In this document: positions 56,321 to 64,000 of the stretch, one piece after another | Layout of the letters: each line of letters opens with the position of its first letter | Position numbering within the stretch: the first letter of the stretch is position 1 | Assembly (NCBI GenBank): GCA_964016885.1 | Contig: OZ024752.1 | Coordinates: 15,004,001 to 15,068,000 of the forward strand | Length of the DNA: 64,000 nt | Direction: 5' to 3' | Source: Eledone cirrhosa | Lineage: Eukaryota | Translations under genes and position numbers: made by a program | The notes under the pieces: generated by a model | What the model saw: the letters and a program-made list of their open reading frames with translations, nothing else | Told to the model about the DNA's origin: nothing | Database searches by the model: none

Positions 56321-56509
56321 TAATTTTGAGATAGAGTGTCCGTGCTGTTTGCTCTGATCTGATTAGTTTTGGGAATTCTACCTGTGTTTATGTTAAAAAA
56401 GTGGCTCCAGCGTTACTTTGGTGTTGCAAAAATTCTTGCTGTCAAAACAATTTTGATTGGTCGGTAGAGGTCATGTGAATGTAAAAAATTGATTTTGCGC
56501 CAAGACTGT

Positions 56510-57394
56510 TTTTATGTTAAAAAAGACTCCAAGCAATATCTCGCCTTCAACTCTTGCCACCATAGATACGTTAAAATTAATATTCCCTACAACTTAGCCA
56601 AGAGAATCTGTACTATAGTCTCCAATAAAAACATCTGCTACTTAAGGCTACAAGAACTAAAGGACACACTCATAGGCAGGGACTACCCTGCATCACTAAT
56701 TGACAATGGAATTCAACGTGCCCTAAAACTCAGTACCCAGGACCTTAGACACCCTAAAGTTAATCAACCGAAACTAAAAGCTCTTCCATACATCTCCACA
56801 CACAACCCCCTCAACAATGAGGCCTTTGACACCATTCTCCAGAACATCCCTGTGTTGAAAAAGGACCATAGAATGAACCAAATTCTACGAACACACGATA
56901 TCATAAAGAGCAAAAGACAATCCTAGTCAATGAAAAACATCCTAATACATGCCAAAGTACTGCCAACCACAACAACGAAACCCACAGTAAAAAAATGCGA
57001 TAGACCCAACTGTGGCATTTGCATCAACCTAATAGAGAGTTCGGAATTCTATTTCAAAGATGGACAACGTTTTATAGTAAAACACAATTTCACATGTGCA
57101 TCGGAAAATCTAATATATGTATTAACTTGCTCAGGTTGTCGAGAACAATACATAGGCCAGACCAAAAACAGCCTCCGCCAACGCATGACTGTCCATAGAT
57201 CCCAAATTAAAATACGGGAATACAGGAAAATACCACTGAGTGAACACATTGATACCTGTGCCGCCCAAAATCATCCCAACTTCAGAATCTTTCCCCTCTA
57301 CAAATTTAAAGATAATGCCACCCACACCCAGCGCATCAGCAAGCAATCTTACTTCATTAACAAATACGGACCCCGTCTAAACACTTCTCCCTAA
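56510..57394 (+). pseudogene. PLE thumb/linker and GIY-YIG endonuclease, one in-frame TAG at 56924
   Basis: SCHHRYVKINIPYNLAKRI, RDYPASLI, CDRPNCGIC, FTCASENLIYVLTCSGCREQYIGQT, LRQRMTVH. Confidence 0.9.
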
Positions 57395-57472
57395 GACAAA
57401 CCCACAACATACATACGTCAACATACATACCTACATCAGCACACATCTCTACCCACATATAAACACGATGAC

Positions 57473-57573
<101 letters not shown>

Positions 57574-57927
57574 ATATATGTATGTGTATATATATATATA
57601 GTGAATATCATTTCACACCTTTTATTGTTAAGATTTTTGATGTTCTATTAAGAGAACCGATTTTAGTGAAAAAATCAAATAATGTACACCATTTTACCAG
57701 GGGGAAAAAAATACTGCCCCCCACCCCCCACATATATACACACACACATACACACGCGTACATTAACATACAAAGAGAATTATACACACACGCACTTCTC
57801 CGTATAAAACAAAAGCTGAAAAATATCTTTTGACATACCCCCCCATTGCTTTCAGACACATTCTTACTGACCATCCCTGCTACCACAAATTACTCTGCTA
57901 TACACACACACACACACACACACACAC

Positions 57928-58027
<100 letters not shown>

Positions 58028-58096
58028 ATCGTAATAGCCATTTGACACACATCCCTGCTAACCATTATCACAACATCGAACACCTTACTACTACTA

Positions 58097-58151
<55 letters not shown>

Positions 58152-58709
58152 TTTTCTATTCCATTTACCAATATATAATAACTTGTGTGTCACACCTCTA
58201 TTCTTTTAACTATATATATATATATTATATATATATATATATATATGTAAAAAATTTTTTTAAAATTTTTTTTAAAAAAAATATTTTCTTATTTTACGTC
58301 CTTTATATTATTGTTCTGCATTCTCCTGCATTGAACCACCTAGGTACTATGACATAACCTGTGTATTTGCTGGCATGGGCGTGCATCTGTGCGCTTATGT
58401 TAGTTGATATATTAAATTATCTATATTTATCTCCAAATCACTGATTTGTCGAGCAAACTTGTCAAAAGCACTTCTAAAAAAATTTTTTTTGGGGTGTTAG
58501 TAGGCGTCAGTCATCTTACCATCCCATTCCTTCTAACTAGGCTCTGTGTCACGTGATTGATTCTTTAGAATCGGCCATTTGACTTGAAGCAGTGAGAATT
58601 TCGGTACATAGAATCCAGTCCTCGCAAGCTGTTCGATCTACCGAATTATTATTATTTTTATATGAGCCGCCAGTGTCCGCGCATTGCCTGGAGACTTAAC
58701 TGAGAATAG

Positions 58710-58791
58710 ACTCCCTGATGACGCAATGAATTCTCGACAGTTGGATTACGTAACTGTCTTTATCCCATTGCAGAAACTAATTAGTTGGAGT
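58710..58791 (+). ncRNA. Type I hammerhead ribozyme (family M)
   Basis: actcc CTGATGA c-gcaatg..gacagtt/aactgtc..cattgc-a GAAA ctaattag TT ggagt. Confidence 0.88.
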
Positions 58792-59258
58792 GAAAATTTA
58801 AGTAAGTAAAAAATTTTTTTAAAAAAAAAATATTTTCTTATTTTACGTCCTTTATATTATTGTTCTGCATTCTCCTGCATTGAACCACCTAGGTACTATG
58901 ACATAACCTGTGTATTTGCTGGCATGGGCGTGCATCTGTGCGCTTATGTTAGTTGATATATTAAATTATCTATATTTATCTCCAAATCACTGATTTGTCG
59001 AGCAAACTTGTCAAAAGCACTTCTAAAAAAAATTTTTTTGGGGTGTTAGTAGGCGTCAGTCATCTTACCATCCCATTCCTTCTAACTAGCCTCTGTGTCA
59101 CGTGATTGATTCTTTAGAATCGGCCATTTGACTTGAAGCAGTGAGAATTTCGGTACATAGAATCCAGTCCTCGCAAGCTGTTCGATCTACCGAATTATTA
59201 TTATTTTTATATGAGCCGCCAGTGTCCGCGCATTGCCTGGAGACTTAACTGAGAATAG

Positions 59259-59340
59259 ACTCCCTGATGACGCAATGAATTCTCGACAGTTGGATTACGT
59301 AACTGTCTTTATCCCATTGCAGAAACTAATTAGTTGGAGT
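59259..59340 (+). ncRNA. Type I hammerhead ribozyme (family M), second unit
   Basis: Identical to 58710-58791. Confidence 0.88.
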
Positions 59341-59412
59341 GAAAATTTAAGTAAGTAAAAAATTTTTTTAAAATTTAAAAAAAAAAAAAAAAATATTTTC
59401 TTATTTTACGTC

Positions 59413-59960
<548 letters not shown>

Positions 59961-60167
59961 GTATAGTATTAAGGATACTATTTATGGTTATGTATATACT
60001 AAAACTTTTTATAGTTATATATATTTTAAACCGTAAACAGTGAAAGACAGTAATTTATTACTACCTTATTACCAGTAAGATAAATAGCTCCATGTAATAA
60101 CATCAGTTTTCTACAGAGCAGTTATATAGAATTCACATGAATCAAAGTTCTGTTCAAACCATTTATT

Positions 60168-60214
60168 ATCTTACAATTGTTTCGTCCAAACCGAGGTTTG
60201 GCGTTTTCGGAGAA
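60168..60214 (-). ncRNA. Degenerate hammerhead motif (family N)
   Basis: ttct CCGAAAA cg-ccaaac-ctcg-gtttgg-ac GAAA caattg TA agat aataaa; core mutated. Confidence 0.45.
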
Positions 60215-61172
60215 ATTTTTCAATGATTGTTTACATACATGACCTCCTTTCCAACACAAGAGACATACAGATACATATGTATATATTGATGCACAGTGGG
60301 GTGACATTCATTATAATATTTTTACATGACAATTTAAATTCAAAAATTAAAAATTAAAATCATATTAGAACAAAATGAAAGTTAAAATACAACATCGGCA
60401 GTTTACGAAGATAATACAAGAAGATAGTGTGTTAGTCAGTTAAAGTAGTTAGTACATGCAATAGTTACACGTGGGGCATGCACGTATGTCTTATTTATAT
60501 AAGATTATTGTGCGGCGAGGTGTTATATGCAATACAAGCACTTTAAGCGGGTAATCAAGAGTGTTATGGAGGTTGTAGTGGTAAAGTATTTTTAGTGTAT
60601 GATAAAGAAGCTTGTGTGCATAGAAATATTATAAATGAGAAGCAAAATAATGTTATGGTTTTTGTATACACCACCATTTTCACAATCCAGGAAACGTAAT
60701 ATATAGTTTATATGTCTTTCACATAATTAACGATGATTCAGTATTGGATGTTTGATGTATTAAGTTAAATTATAACAGCTTGTTGCGGCTCAGTGTTCTT
60801 TAATCCAATTTTATAGAGCAGGTTGTTTTTGTTGTGAGAATTTACATCGTTTTATTTTCCGGAAGTATGTGTGTGATTAAGGGGAGTTAATGCGTGAGGG
60901 GAGGTAACTAGCTGATTTCTATAACTAAATGTATTATTCCAACGTACATTAAAAGGTGTCTCAATTGAGTCCCCTATATATGTGGTTATATACAGTTTCC
61001 AAATTTAAGTATCCTATCTTTAAATTACAGTCTACGCTATCAAGAAGTACTAAAGGTATCTATATTAGGATGATTACTCCCTATCATAGAGTGCTACAAC
61101 CGAATATTGCATACGAAGAGTCAGATCTCCATATCAATGTACTTTGTAAATGTAGTCTACTCACAGAACCTG

Positions 61173-63074
<1,902 letters not shown>

Positions 63075-63183
63075 TCGTTGACAAATATATCAATATGCCC
63101 AGACATGCAGATATATTGCCCTTGGTATGACAGTGTGGCTTTAGCTCAATGTAGGATAACTAGTATACTAGAGAGCCGTTATT

Positions 63184-63320
63184 GTTATAGGAATAACCAA
63201 AGAGTGCTTAGAAATACATTGTTTTATTAGCTAACAGTGTTTCCTCCATGGGGTATGGATGAAACACTGTTCGCTAATAAAGCAATATATTTTTAAGCAC
63301 TCTTTGGTTATTCCTATAAC

Positions 63321-63321
<1 letters not shown>
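63184..63321. mobile_element. Fold-back with HHR-like 3' halves (family O)
   Basis: ~60-bp inverted arms around tccat-ggggt-atgga; arm reads GAAA cactg TT..gcta ataaa. Confidence 0.55.
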
Positions 63322-63371
<50 letters not shown>

Positions 63372-63492
63372 GAGATGTGTTTTATTGTAGCAACTATAAA
63401 GCAATGCAAACATCGGATAAGTAGCACTCCACAGTTTATAGGACTGGAGTATAAATAATATAAGATCAAAAGATGGTTAAAAAAGTTCCAAG

Positions 63493-63563
63493 TATTTTAT
63501 TGTGCGCATTTCAAAAACAAATATCATCATGGGATGATATTTGCCTTCTCATCAGATACAATA
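63493..63563 (-). ncRNA. Hammerhead motif, family J (intact core, U16.1 to C)
   Basis: tattgtat CTGATGA gaaggcaaatatcatc-ccat-gatgatatttgttttt GAAA tgcgca CA ataaaata. Confidence 0.7.
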
Positions 63564-63799
63564 GGGAAACATGATATGAAGTTTAAAAACACGTGTGAGT
63601 AGTGAAGTTTTAAATCAACATATGAGAAATAAAATTAGATGGATATATGAGATTGGGAAAAAAAGGAACTAAAGAAGAATTATCGTAAAACTAACAGTGA
63701 CAATTTGGAATCTATAAACTCGTACATCTTATGCTATAGACTACGTTTCTAGTTTTACAGTTTATCCAGGGGTTCACCTTACATATGATACATTTCCTA

Positions 63800-64000
63800 T
63801 TGGTTCTTAAAAGGGTAGGTTTTGCTGATCAGGGATTTTATGGTGGTTCCTGGCTTTTCTACCACCTTTATTTTTAAGTGGGTCTTTCTCAGGGCCTTTC
63901 TACACTGGTTAGCTAATGTCCCTCCAGGGGTGCCGTCCACAAACATGACACTCTGGTATCTCTGGTTGTCGTACCATGATGTGGCTTTCCCTATCTTATG
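63800..64000 (-). pseudogene. Probable PLE linker-region fragment, runs off the window
   Basis: SWY..RYQSVMFVDGTPGGTLA..LKIKVVEKPGTTIKSLISKTYPF resembles PLE linkers from memory; lies upstream of the family J terminus. Confidence 0.5.

Overview
AT-rich, repeat-saturated eukaryotic DNA. The recurrent tRNA-derived SINE suggests an octopod cephalopod, but that is an inference from recalled similarity, not a database match. I find no confidently supportable host gene, and almost all ORFs in the track are translations of (TA)n/(CA)n microsatellites. Real coding remnants are all mobile: an RTE LINE ending in three C2H2 fingers (9.3-10.9 kb), a CRE-clade RLE retrotransposon with an N-terminal PHD finger (26.3-29.5 kb, partial copy at 22.2-23.1 kb), Penelope-like element (PLE) fragments (33-35.5 kb, 56.2-58.2 kb, 63.8-64 kb), a decayed Helitron with stacked 5' ends (40.1-46.4 kb) and an R4/Dong-type fragment in (TAA)n. 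The main hidden signal is non-coding. The short unique islands between (TA)n tracts carry about 30 hand-identified type I hammerhead ribozyme (HHR) motifs, intact to degenerate, from roughly 15 sequence families. They include non-canonical cores (U3-A8, A4, GCAA), family-specific palindromic stem III, fold-back architectures that break at the ribozyme, and two circularly permuted head-to-tail units (316 bp and 549 bp) resembling circRNA retrozymes. All folds were done by eye and activity is untested.
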